From positions 1 to 25,350 of the forward strand of contig JBGQGY010000040.1 in the NCBI GenBank assembly GCA_041497675.1: a stretch of 25,350 bases of DNA, given 5' to 3'. The stretch is from a bacterium (lineage in GTDB: Bacteria > Sysuimicrobiota > Sysuimicrobiia > Sysuimicrobiales > Humicultoraceae). Every line of letters starts with the position of its first letter. The first letter of the stretch is position 1. The notes under the pieces are model-generated. The model was not told where the DNA came from. It did not search any database and saw only the letters and a list, made by a program, of their open reading frames with translations. The position numbers and the translations under genes were made by a program. This document shows, piece by piece, positions 16,768 through 24,338 of this stretch.

Positions 16768-17717
16768 GTCTTGAGGACGGCGTCGAAGTCGGCGAAGACC
16801 GACGCGGGATCGACCGGTCGATCGATCAGCCCCTGTGCGATTTCCTCGTCGCAGAGTGCCTTGATAATGTGCCGGTTGGCCGACACGCCGCTCGGCTGCC
16901 AGTCGGCGCCCATCACCGACGCGGTGTCCTCGAGGTCGACCAGCACCCAGGGCGTGAGTTCCGCCATGAAGAATCGCTGCTTCTGCCAGTAGAGTCGCGC
17001 CTGATCGAGGGCGCGATAGACTGCGACCGCCACCTGCGGGTCGCGCTCGAACACTTCTCGGCGCAAGGCCACGATGTGGTGGATTGGATAGATCTTCGTT
17101 CGATCGTAATACTCTCGCTCGGCCCGATGGTAGTCGGAGATCAGACGCACGATGGGTCCATGCGGTTCGTAGAAGCCCTTCGGGGGAAACGGACACATGA
17201 GCGCGTCGAGATCGCCGGCGAGCAGCGAGTCGCGCAGCACCTTGCCGGCCGGCGCCTCACGCGCATAGACCGGCAGCCCGCTCTGCGCGCGTACCGGGTA
17301 GTTCTCGTCCAGCGGTCCTACCCACCAACGGATGCGGTCGATCCGGACGCCCTGATCCCGCAAGACGGCGCGCGTCCAGGTGTTGCCGGTATCGGGCCAG
17401 GAATTAGTCCCAACGCGTTTGCCTTCTAGATCCGTGAGCTGGCGAAGATTGCTGTCGCGCCGGACGAAGAAGCAGCGATGGCGAAAGGCACGCGTGGGAA
17501 AGAACGGGATGCCGACAAAGCTCCGGTCGCCCTTTGAGAGCGAGATGATAAACCGGCTGAACGACAGCTCCGACGCGATGATCTTCGAGTCCGTTGCCGC
17601 CTGTGTGATCGGCGTCTTTCGATCGATAGTGAGTGTGACTCCATCGGGCACGACGTCGCCGCCGTAGAGCGCGGCGAGATAATCGTAGTCTCGCATCACG
17701 AGCGTCAACGCGGTCAT
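16764..17717 (-). CDS. 4,5-dihydroxyphthalate decarboxylase-like (PhtD/Pht5-like) protein
   Basis: SELSFS, PFFPTRAFRH, DLEGKRVG, TGNTWTRAVL, GDLDAL, EREYYDRTKIYPIHH; no signal peptide. Confidence 0.75.
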   Translation of the reverse strand: MTALTLVMRDYDYLAALYGGDVVPDGVTLTIDRKTPITQAATDSKIIASELSFSRFIISLSKGDRSFVGIPFFPTRAFRHRCFFVRRDSNLRQLTDLEGKRVGTNSWPDTGNTWTRAVLRDQGVRIDRIRWWVGPLDENYPVRAQSGLPVYAREAPAGKVLRDSLLAGDLDALMCPFPPKGFYEPHGPIVRLISDYHRAEREYYDRTKIYPIHHIVALRREVFERDPQVAVAVYRALDQARLYWQKQRFFMAELTPWVLVDLEDTASVMGADWQPSGVSANRHIIKALCDEEIAQGLIDRPVDPASVFADFDAVLKT

Positions 17718-18628
17718 CGATTCCTCCCTGAGGCGCCCGGTCGCACCTCGATCCCCAGGATCGTTTCCAATCCTCGGATCACTGCTGTCTGGTCCAACTG
17801 GCCAAAGCCGGTCGCCCGAGCGAGCTGCATCAACTCCGTCGCGCCGTTGGCGGCCGGCATCGGCACCGTCAACTCGCGCGCCAGCGCCGTCGCCTGCCTG
17901 ATGTCCTTGTACGCCAGGTCGAGCCGGAAGCCAACTTTCTCGAAGTCTCGGGCAAAGATCTTCGGCACCGTGTGCTGCAACGCGGGGCTGTTGGCGGTTG
18001 ACGTCGACAGCATCTTGAAGAACTGCTCCACGTCGAGCCCGGCCGCCTTCGCCAGCACGAACCCCTCGGCGATGCCCGCGCTCGCGATGATCCCAATCAT
18101 GTTCTGGATCAGCTTCGCGGTGTGCCCGGCGCCCACCCCGCCAAAGTGGTGCACGTGCTCCCCCATCGCGTCGAAGACCGGTCGCATGGCCTCCAGCGTC
18201 CGCGCCTCGCCGCCGACCATGATCGTCAGCGTCTTGTTGCGCGCCCCGGACGGCCCTCCGGTGACCGGGGCGTCCAGGAACCGTCCGCCCTTGGCAAGCA
18301 CCCGCTCGGCGATCCGCCGCGTGTCGGGCGGGTAACTGGTGCTCATGTCGATGATCGTATACCCGGCAGGCATGGCCTCCGCGAGCCCGCTCTTGCCGAA
18401 GATAATGTCCTCGACCTCATGCGCCGTCGGCACGATCGTGATCGCGACGTCGGTCTGTCGGGCCGCCTCGACCGGGCTCTTCGCCTCGGTCGCGCCTTTC
18501 GCGATCAGGCGCTCGATCGGCTCGCGGTTGCGGTGCGCCATCACCGTCACGTGATGCCCAGCGGCGAGCAAGTGCCCCGCCATGGGCTCGCCCATGATCC
18601 CAGCTCCGAAAAATGCGACCTTCGCCAT
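17714..18628 (-). CDS. NAD(P)-dependent beta-hydroxyacid dehydrogenase (3-hydroxyisobutyrate DH / tartronate semialdehyde reductase family)
   Basis: GAGIMGEPMA Rossmann motif, IDMST, FLDAPVTGG, catalytic Lys in GHTAKLIQN, FRLDLAYKD. ATG 18628 has better spacing from the GGAGG than ATG 18637. Confidence 0.9.
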   Translation of the reverse strand: MAKVAFFGAGIMGEPMAGHLLAAGHHVTVMAHRNREPIERLIAKGATEAKSPVEAARQTDVAITIVPTAHEVEDIIFGKSGLAEAMPAGYTIIDMSTSYPPDTRRIAERVLAKGGRFLDAPVTGGPSGARNKTLTIMVGGEARTLEAMRPVFDAMGEHVHHFGGVGAGHTAKLIQNMIGIIASAGIAEGFVLAKAAGLDVEQFFKMLSTSTANSPALQHTVPKIFARDFEKVGFRLDLAYKDIRQATALARELTVPMPAANGATELMQLARATGFGQLDQTAVIRGLETILGIEVRPGASGRNR

Positions 18629-18646
18629 CCGTGTCATCCTCCGTCT

Positions 18647-19837
18647 CTACAGCCACGTCACAACCGGATAGTTCGACAACCGCTCGTACCCCGCCTCGGT
18701 GATCAACACCGTATCTTCGACCACACCCGTGCCGAGCCCCTCGATGACCACCATCGGTTCGTACGCCACCGTCATGCGCGGGCGCAGTTCGGTCGTGCTG
18801 CCGGCGTAGAGACCGGGCGCCTCCAGCACGGCCATGCCAATACCGTGTCCGAAACCACCCGCGCAGTAGTACGTCTCGTACTTCGTGCCCCGCACGACTG
18901 CCAACAAGGCGTTGGAGACCTCATCGACCGTTCTGCCCGGCGCCATCACCTGGAGCCCCGCGTGATAGAGATCGAGACCAACCTGCAGCGCGTCGCGCGC
19001 CGCGCCCGTCGCACGGCCGCCCACCACCGAGCAGCGGCTCACATCGGACATGTAGCCGTCGAAGTCCACACCCAGGTCGGTGAACACCATCTCGCCCGCC
19101 ACCATCCTGCGGCGGCGCGGGTGACCGTGTTTCAACCCGGCCTGGACGCCGCCCACCACCGAGGTTCGAAACCCCTCGCGGCCCCCAAGCACGTGCATCC
19201 GGTGGACGGCCGCGGCCGCCACGGTCGTCTCCTCGACCCCGGGTGCCAGAGCGCCGAACAGCGCCGCGTAGGCTTCGTCGGCGATGCGTCCCGCCTCGCG
19301 CATCTTGACGATCTCCTCGTCGCTCTTGACCATCCGCACACCGTTGAGCACGTGGTCGGCGGGTGTCAGCTCGGGCAGCCGCGAGGCCAGCGCCGCGTGC
19401 ATCGCATAGGGCAGCAGCGCGCCGCCGGCAAGACCGACCCGCTTCGCGCCGCGCGCCGCATCGGCCGCGAACGTCGCCACCTCATCCGCCGCCCCCCCGT
19501 AGAGCGGCCCCATCGCCACACGCACGTCGGCCACCCGACACGTCCAGACCATCGAATGCATCGGCTCGGCGTGAAGCATGCCATCGGTCGTAACGGTGAT
19601 CCGGCCATCGGCGTGCAGGACAGCGAACACGTTCCCATAGACGGGCACATAGTTGGTCAGATAGGTGACGGCGGCCGCGGCCTCACCGCGACCACTCGCA
19701 TAGACCACCAGCGCGTCGAACCCCTCACGCGCCATGGCCTGGCAGACGGCGGCGATGCGTCGGTCGTATTCGGCGTCGCTGAACGTCTGCACCAAGTATG
19801 GCTTGCGGGATTCGAGATCGTAAGGCAGTCGAGGCAT
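18647..19837 (-). CDS. M24-family (Xaa-Pro peptidase-like) metallopeptidase with a creatinase-type N-domain
   Basis: FSDAEYDRRI, RMVKSDEEI, TDLG..FDGYMSD, GHGIG, YEP, VEDTVLITE. ATG 19837 overlaps the upstream TGA (TGATG) and has a GGAGGG RBS. Confidence 0.88.
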   Translation of the reverse strand: MPRLPYDLESRKPYLVQTFSDAEYDRRIAAVCQAMAREGFDALVVYASGRGEAAAAVTYLTNYVPVYGNVFAVLHADGRITVTTDGMLHAEPMHSMVWTCRVADVRVAMGPLYGGAADEVATFAADAARGAKRVGLAGGALLPYAMHAALASRLPELTPADHVLNGVRMVKSDEEIVKMREAGRIADEAYAALFGALAPGVEETTVAAAAVHRMHVLGGREGFRTSVVGGVQAGLKHGHPRRRRMVAGEMVFTDLGVDFDGYMSDVSRCSVVGGRATGAARDALQVGLDLYHAGLQVMAPGRTVDEVSNALLAVVRGTKYETYYCAGGFGHGIGMAVLEAPGLYAGSTTELRPRMTVAYEPMVVIEGLGTGVVEDTVLITEAGYERLSNYPVVTWL

Positions 19838-20883
19838 CAGGACACCCTCCTTGGGCTCGTCACCTTTGCGGCGTGATCGCGCAGCGCGGGGATGACGCGA
19901 TCCATGGCCAGCCGCATCTGGTCCATCGGCGTCCACGACGCGAAGCGCATGATCGGCAGCGTACACCCCGCATCGATGAAGGGCGCGATGCGCTCGACCA
20001 CCTCTTCCGGCGTTCCGGTGACCAGCCGCCACCGCAGATGATCCTCCGGAAATCGGCCGAGATGGTAGGCCTCGTAAAAGCGGCGGGCCTCATCGAAGGC
20101 CGAGGCGCTGTCGTGCTGCACGTTCACATAAAAGTGAATCATCGAAATCTCCGGCAGCGGATCGCGGCCCGCCTCGCGCGCATATTCGAGGATCCGCTGC
20201 CAGCGACGGCCGAACTCATCCGGTGTGCTCATCTCGACCATCCAGCCGTCGCCGAGCCGGCCCACGCGGCGAAGAGCCCGCGCGATCATCTCCTCATCCG
20301 CGTACGGCGCCTGTGGGTTGCTGGCGATGGGGATCGGGCAGGGATGCTGCGCGGGTGTCACGTGGATCTGCACGTCCTCGAACTGGTAGTACCGACCGTG
20401 ATGGGTCAACGGCTCGCCGGTCCACAGCGCCCGGAGGATCTTGATCCCCTCGACCATGCGCCCCGCGCGCTCCTCGACCGGCATCCCCATGGCGGCGAAC
20501 TCCGTCTCCCACTTCGCGCCGCTCGGCGATCGGTATCCCTTCTTGGTGCTCGGGCCGCCGCCCATGCATGCGACCAGCAGGCTGCGCCCGTCGCTGAGCC
20601 GGTCGAGCGCCGCCCACTGATTTGCCAGCACGATGGGGTGCCGGAAGATGAAACTGGCCATGCACGAGGTGCCCAGCAGCACCCGCCGCGTGCGCCCGGC
20701 CACGAGCGAGAGAAACACGATCGCGTCGATCCTCGGCTTCGAGATCAGGTTGTCGCCGGTAAAGACGGCGTCGAACATCTCCGACCGGTCGGCGACCTCA
20801 CACATCGCGATCAGCTCCTTGGGATCGCCGGCGCCGATGACCAGACCGCGGTTGGGCACGCTCAGTCCCCACTTCACTCTCAT
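19837..20883 (-). CDS. LLM-class flavin-dependent oxidoreductase
   Basis: WGLSVPNRG, FDAVFTGDNLISKPRIDA, RHPIVLANQWAALDRLSDGR, ALRRVGRLGDGW, GTPEEV. Confidence 0.88.
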   Translation of the reverse strand: MRVKWGLSVPNRGLVIGAGDPKELIAMCEVADRSEMFDAVFTGDNLISKPRIDAIVFLSLVAGRTRRVLLGTSCMASFIFRHPIVLANQWAALDRLSDGRSLLVACMGGGPSTKKGYRSPSGAKWETEFAAMGMPVEERAGRMVEGIKILRALWTGEPLTHHGRYYQFEDVQIHVTPAQHPCPIPIASNPQAPYADEEMIARALRRVGRLGDGWMVEMSTPDEFGRRWQRILEYAREAGRDPLPEISMIHFYVNVQHDSASAFDEARRFYEAYHLGRFPEDHLRWRLVTGTPEEVVERIAPFIDAGCTLPIMRFASWTPMDQMRLAMDRVIPALRDHAAKVTSPRRVS

Positions 20884-20930
20884 GTTTTCACATCTCTCCT
20901 TGTGCGTCGGTCGCCCGCCGCTTCAGTCGA

Positions 20931-21785
20931 TCAACGCCGCCGGCGATGCGGGTCGAGCGCGTCCGCCAGCGCTTCGCCAAAGACGTTTAGCGAGATCACT
21001 GTCAACGAGAGAACCGCCGCCGGGACCGCCAGCAGATGGGGCTGGCTGCGCAGGTAAGGGAACGCCTCATTGATCATCAGCCCCCACGACGGTCTCGGAG
21101 GCTGGACGCCGACGCCAACGAAACTCAGCGCGGCCTCAACGAGAATGATGGCGCTTGTATCGAGGGTCGATCGCGCCGACACCAGGTGGAGGACATTCGG
21201 CATCAGGTGGCGACCCACGATGCGTCCCGTGGAGGCGCCACAGGCCCGCGCCGCCTCTACGAACTCGCGCTCCCGCATCGCCACGACCTCGCTGCGGACG
21301 ACGCGGGCCATCCCCGGCCAGGCGGTGCTGATGAGCGCGATGATGATGTTGACCAGGCTCGGTCCAAAGATCCCGGTGATCAAGATCGCCAGCAGAAGCC
21401 CGGGGAACGCGATCAGCAGGTCGACCAGACGCATCATCCACGCGTCGACCTTCCCACCGGCGAGACCGGCCATGATGCCCCACAGCGTGCCGATCACGAC
21501 CTCCGCGGCCACCGCGACCGCCGCCACGGTGAGGGAGATGCGGGCCCCGAAGGCGACGCGTGTCAGCACGTCGCGGCCGAAGTTGTCGGTCCCCAGCATG
21601 TGCGCGCGATACGGCGCGCGGAGGATGGCGTCCAGGTCTTGCTTCTCGTAACTGTACGGCGTCAGGCGCGGCGCCGCGAGCGCCATCATGACGACGGCGA
21701 CGAGGTACACTGCGCCGACCAGGGCGACGGGGTCGCTCCATGCGATGCGCCACACCGTCCGGCCGCGGACACGGGGGGCCGGCAC
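20931..21785 (-). CDS. Opp/Dpp-family ABC permease (DppC-like)
   Basis: HMLGTDNFGRD, REFVEAARACGA, RHLMPN, EAALSFVGVGVQPPRPSWG. GTG 21785 lies just after the upstream stop; the start is approximate. Confidence 0.92.
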   Translation of the reverse strand: MPAPRVRGRTVWRIAWSDPVALVGAVYLVAVVMMALAAPRLTPYSYEKQDLDAILRAPYRAHMLGTDNFGRDVLTRVAFGARISLTVAAVAVAAEVVIGTLWGIMAGLAGGKVDAWMMRLVDLLIAFPGLLLAILITGIFGPSLVNIIIALISTAWPGMARVVRSEVVAMREREFVEAARACGASTGRIVGRHLMPNVLHLVSARSTLDTSAIILVEAALSFVGVGVQPPRPSWGLMINEAFPYLRSQPHLLAVPAAVLSLTVISLNVFGEALADALDPHRRRR

Positions 21786-21792
21786 ACGGCCG

Positions 21793-22713
21793 CTAGTAGC
21801 GGATGCGGGGGTTGAAGAGTGCATACGAGAGGTCGACGACAAGATTGACGAAGATGAACAACGACGTGTAGATCAGGACGACGGCCTGGATGACCGTGTA
21901 GTCGCGCTGCAGTATTCCCTCCACGCCCACCCGGGCCATACCGGGGATGTTGAAAATCACTTCGACGATGAACGAGCCCGTCAGTGTATAGCCGAACGCC
22001 AAACCGACCGTGGTGACGATCGGGAGCGCCGCGTTGCGCAACACGTGGCGGAAGATGATCCGCGGGCGCGCCAGGCCTTTGCTGCGGGCGGTCCGGACGT
22101 AGTCTTCGGCCATGACCTGCAGCATGCTGGTGCGGCTGATCCGCGTGATGTAGGCGGTCGGGGCGATAGCGAGGACCGCGACGGGCAGGACGTATGACTG
22201 CCAGCCGCTGATCCCGGCGACCGGCAACGTCCGCAACCACAACGCGAAGACCAAGACCAGCAGGGCCGCGACGACGAAGTTCGGCACCGACAACGCCACG
22301 ACGACCAGCACCTGGAGCGCCCGATCCCAGGCCGATCGTACGCTGACCGCCCCGATGATCCCCAGCGTCAGTCCCAGCACCGCCGCCGACCCGACAGCGA
22401 GGACGGTCAGCCGCAGGCTCAGCGGCAGCGTCTGCCGTACGATTCCGCTGATGCGGCGGCCCGGGCTGATGAACGATTCGCCAAAATCGCCGCGCACTGC
22501 CCCGATGATATAGCGGACAAACTGTGCCCAGATCGGCTGATCGAGTCCGAGTTGTTTCTTGATCGCCAGCGCGGCTTTCTCGTCGTAGTGATCCCCCAAC
22601 CGGATCGCCACCGGATCCCCCGGCGCCAACCGACCGGCGAAGAAGATCAGCAGCGCCGCCCCCAGCAGCAGCGGCAGCGTCAGACCAATCCGGTACAGGG
22701 CGTAGCGGGCCAG
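21793..22713 (-). CDS. Opp/Dpp-family ABC permease (DppB-like), probable CTG start
   Basis: APGDPV, LGLDQP, DYVRTARSKGL, HVLRNA, NPRIRY. The frame extends upstream of the ORF-track start to CTG 22713, giving (M)ARYALYRIGLTLPLLLGAALLIFF. Confidence 0.9.
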   Translation of the reverse strand: MARYALYRIGLTLPLLLGAALLIFFAGRLAPGDPVAIRLGDHYDEKAALAIKKQLGLDQPIWAQFVRYIIGAVRGDFGESFISPGRRISGIVRQTLPLSLRLTVLAVGSAAVLGLTLGIIGAVSVRSAWDRALQVLVVVALSVPNFVVAALLVLVFALWLRTLPVAGISGWQSYVLPVAVLAIAPTAYITRISRTSMLQVMAEDYVRTARSKGLARPRIIFRHVLRNAALPIVTTVGLAFGYTLTGSFIVEVIFNIPGMARVGVEGILQRDYTVIQAVVLIYTSLFIFVNLVVDLSYALFNPRIRY

Positions 22714-22714
22714 G

Positions 22715-24316
22715 CTAGCGGCGAACCTCGATGCTGTTCAAGTCGGTCCACCCCAGACCCAGCGGTGATCCTTCAAAGCCACGCACGTAGGGTTTGACCA
22801 GCACCGCCCACCGTGTAAAGACGACCGGCACCAGCGCCGCGTCGTTCATCGCCATCTGCTCGGCCTGGCGGTAGAAGGCTTCGCGATCCGCTTCACTGCG
22901 TGCGCTGTTGGCCTGGTCGATCAGTTTGTCCACATCGGGGTTCTTGTAGTTAGCAAAGTTCAGACCGCTACGGCTGTCCAGCAACTGGTCGAGATAGATG
23001 CTGGAGTCGAGCAGCGTCGCGGTCCACCCCTGCATGAACGCCGCGAAGACGTTACGGCGGTTGAGCGCCGCCCGATACGCGGCGAACTCCTGCCGCTGCA
23101 GCCGCACGTCGATTCCCAGCGTGTCCTTCCACATCGCGGCGACAGCCTCGGCGACCATCTGATAGTCGGGTGCTGCCGGATTGATCGCCATCTCCAGTGG
23201 CGGCATCCGGCCCGCCCACCCCGACTCGGCCAGGAGCCGCTTCGCGGTGTCGGGGTTATACGGCAGGACCTTGAGCGTCTTGTCGACGCCGGGGACCTGC
23301 GGGGGCGTCACGCCATATGCGGGTGTGTAGAAACCGGAGAACACCGTGCGTGCGATGCGCTCCCGATCGACCGCGTGAGCCAGGGCGCGGCGGACGCGCA
23401 CATCGCGAAAGGGCTCGTAGACCGGGCCGTTGAGCCCCAGGAACAGGCTCTGTGCCCGCGGGAAGATTTTCAGCTGATTGCTATACTGGGCGTCACCCGA
23501 GACTCGCCGGAAGTCCGCCAGTGGCACGTCGGTCAGGTCGAGCTGCCCGGCGTCGTAGAGGTTGAGCCGGGTCACCGCGGACGGCACGATGACCAACTCG
23601 ACGGTGTCGACCTTCGGCGCCCCGAGGAAATAGTCTTTGTTGGCCGCAAACACGAACTTGACGTTGCGCTCCCACCGCGCCAGTTTGAACGGACCGGCGC
23701 CTGCCACTCCCTTGTCGGCCCAGTCCCGCCCGCCCGCTTCCGCGTCCTCCCTGTTGATCACACCCAGTTGATAGGAGGCGAGGCGGTTGAGAAACCCGCC
23801 GCGCCCATCGGGCGCGAGGGCGATCTGCAAGGTGGTGGGGTTCACGACCCGAACGCCGGCGAGCGATCGCGTGGCGCCGCTCCGCACGGCATCGAAGCCG
23901 ACGATGCCGCCAAGGAGCGACAGAGCGGCGCCGCTGCCGGTCTCAGGCTGGGCGACGCGGTCAAGGGTCCACTTCCAGTCGGCGGCCGTGACCGGTTTCC
24001 CGCTGTGGAATTTGGCCCGCGGGTCCAGCTCGAAGGTGTAGACGAGGCCTCCACCGGTCACCGTCCACGCCCGGGCGCCCATAGGATACACTCTGCCTGT
24101 CGCATCGGACGTGACGAGACGCAGGTGCATGAGGAGCGCGCTTGATCCTGACGGGAAGTCCGCGGCGACGGCGGGGTCGAGGGTGCGCGCGTCACCGACC
24201 ATGTACACCCTAAACACCGATTCGCCCGCGGGCGCCGCGCTCGTGCCGATTCCCGACACGAGTGAGACGACGGCGATCAGCATCGCCAGCGACCACAGCA
24301 CACGCTGCCTGCTCAT
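22715..24316 (-). CDS. ABC transporter substrate-binding protein, family 5 (Sec signal peptide)
   Basis: Signal peptide, RTLDPA, AKFHSGKPVTAAD, GAGPFKL, PFRDVRVRRALAHAVDR; AGGAGG RBS. Confidence 0.93.
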   Translation of the reverse strand: MSRQRVLWSLAMLIAVVSLVSGIGTSAAPAGESVFRVYMVGDARTLDPAVAADFPSGSSALLMHLRLVTSDATGRVYPMGARAWTVTGGGLVYTFELDPRAKFHSGKPVTAADWKWTLDRVAQPETGSGAALSLLGGIVGFDAVRSGATRSLAGVRVVNPTTLQIALAPDGRGGFLNRLASYQLGVINREDAEAGGRDWADKGVAGAGPFKLARWERNVKFVFAANKDYFLGAPKVDTVELVIVPSAVTRLNLYDAGQLDLTDVPLADFRRVSGDAQYSNQLKIFPRAQSLFLGLNGPVYEPFRDVRVRRALAHAVDRERIARTVFSGFYTPAYGVTPPQVPGVDKTLKVLPYNPDTAKRLLAESGWAGRMPPLEMAINPAAPDYQMVAEAVAAMWKDTLGIDVRLQRQEFAAYRAALNRRNVFAAFMQGWTATLLDSSIYLDQLLDSRSGLNFANYKNPDVDKLIDQANSARSEADREAFYRQAEQMAMNDAALVPVVFTRWAVLVKPYVRGFEGSPLGLGWTDLNSIEVRR

Positions 24317-24338
24317 CTGGTCCGTCCTCCTGAGGCTG

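Noticed and set aside
16764..17717. Phthalate degradation cluster
   Set aside because: No Rieske dioxygenase, reductase or dihydrodiol dehydrogenase genes in the window.
11952..19837. Creatinine to creatine to sarcosine pathway (creatininase plus creatinase-like M24)
   Set aside because: The creatininase metal site is altered, the M24 protein keeps metallopeptidase ligands unlike creatinase, and no sarcosine oxidase is present.
15487..19876. Long ORFs 15487-17196 (-) and 18122-19876 (+)
   Set aside because: Shadow frames over the amidohydrolase, PhtD-like, dehydrogenase and M24 genes; Arg/Gly/His-rich with no domain signal.
20888..20901. AAGGAGAG-ATG-TGA start-stop element upstream of the third LLM gene
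   Set aside because: The SD-to-ATG spacing is too short; more simply this is the RBS for ATG 20883.
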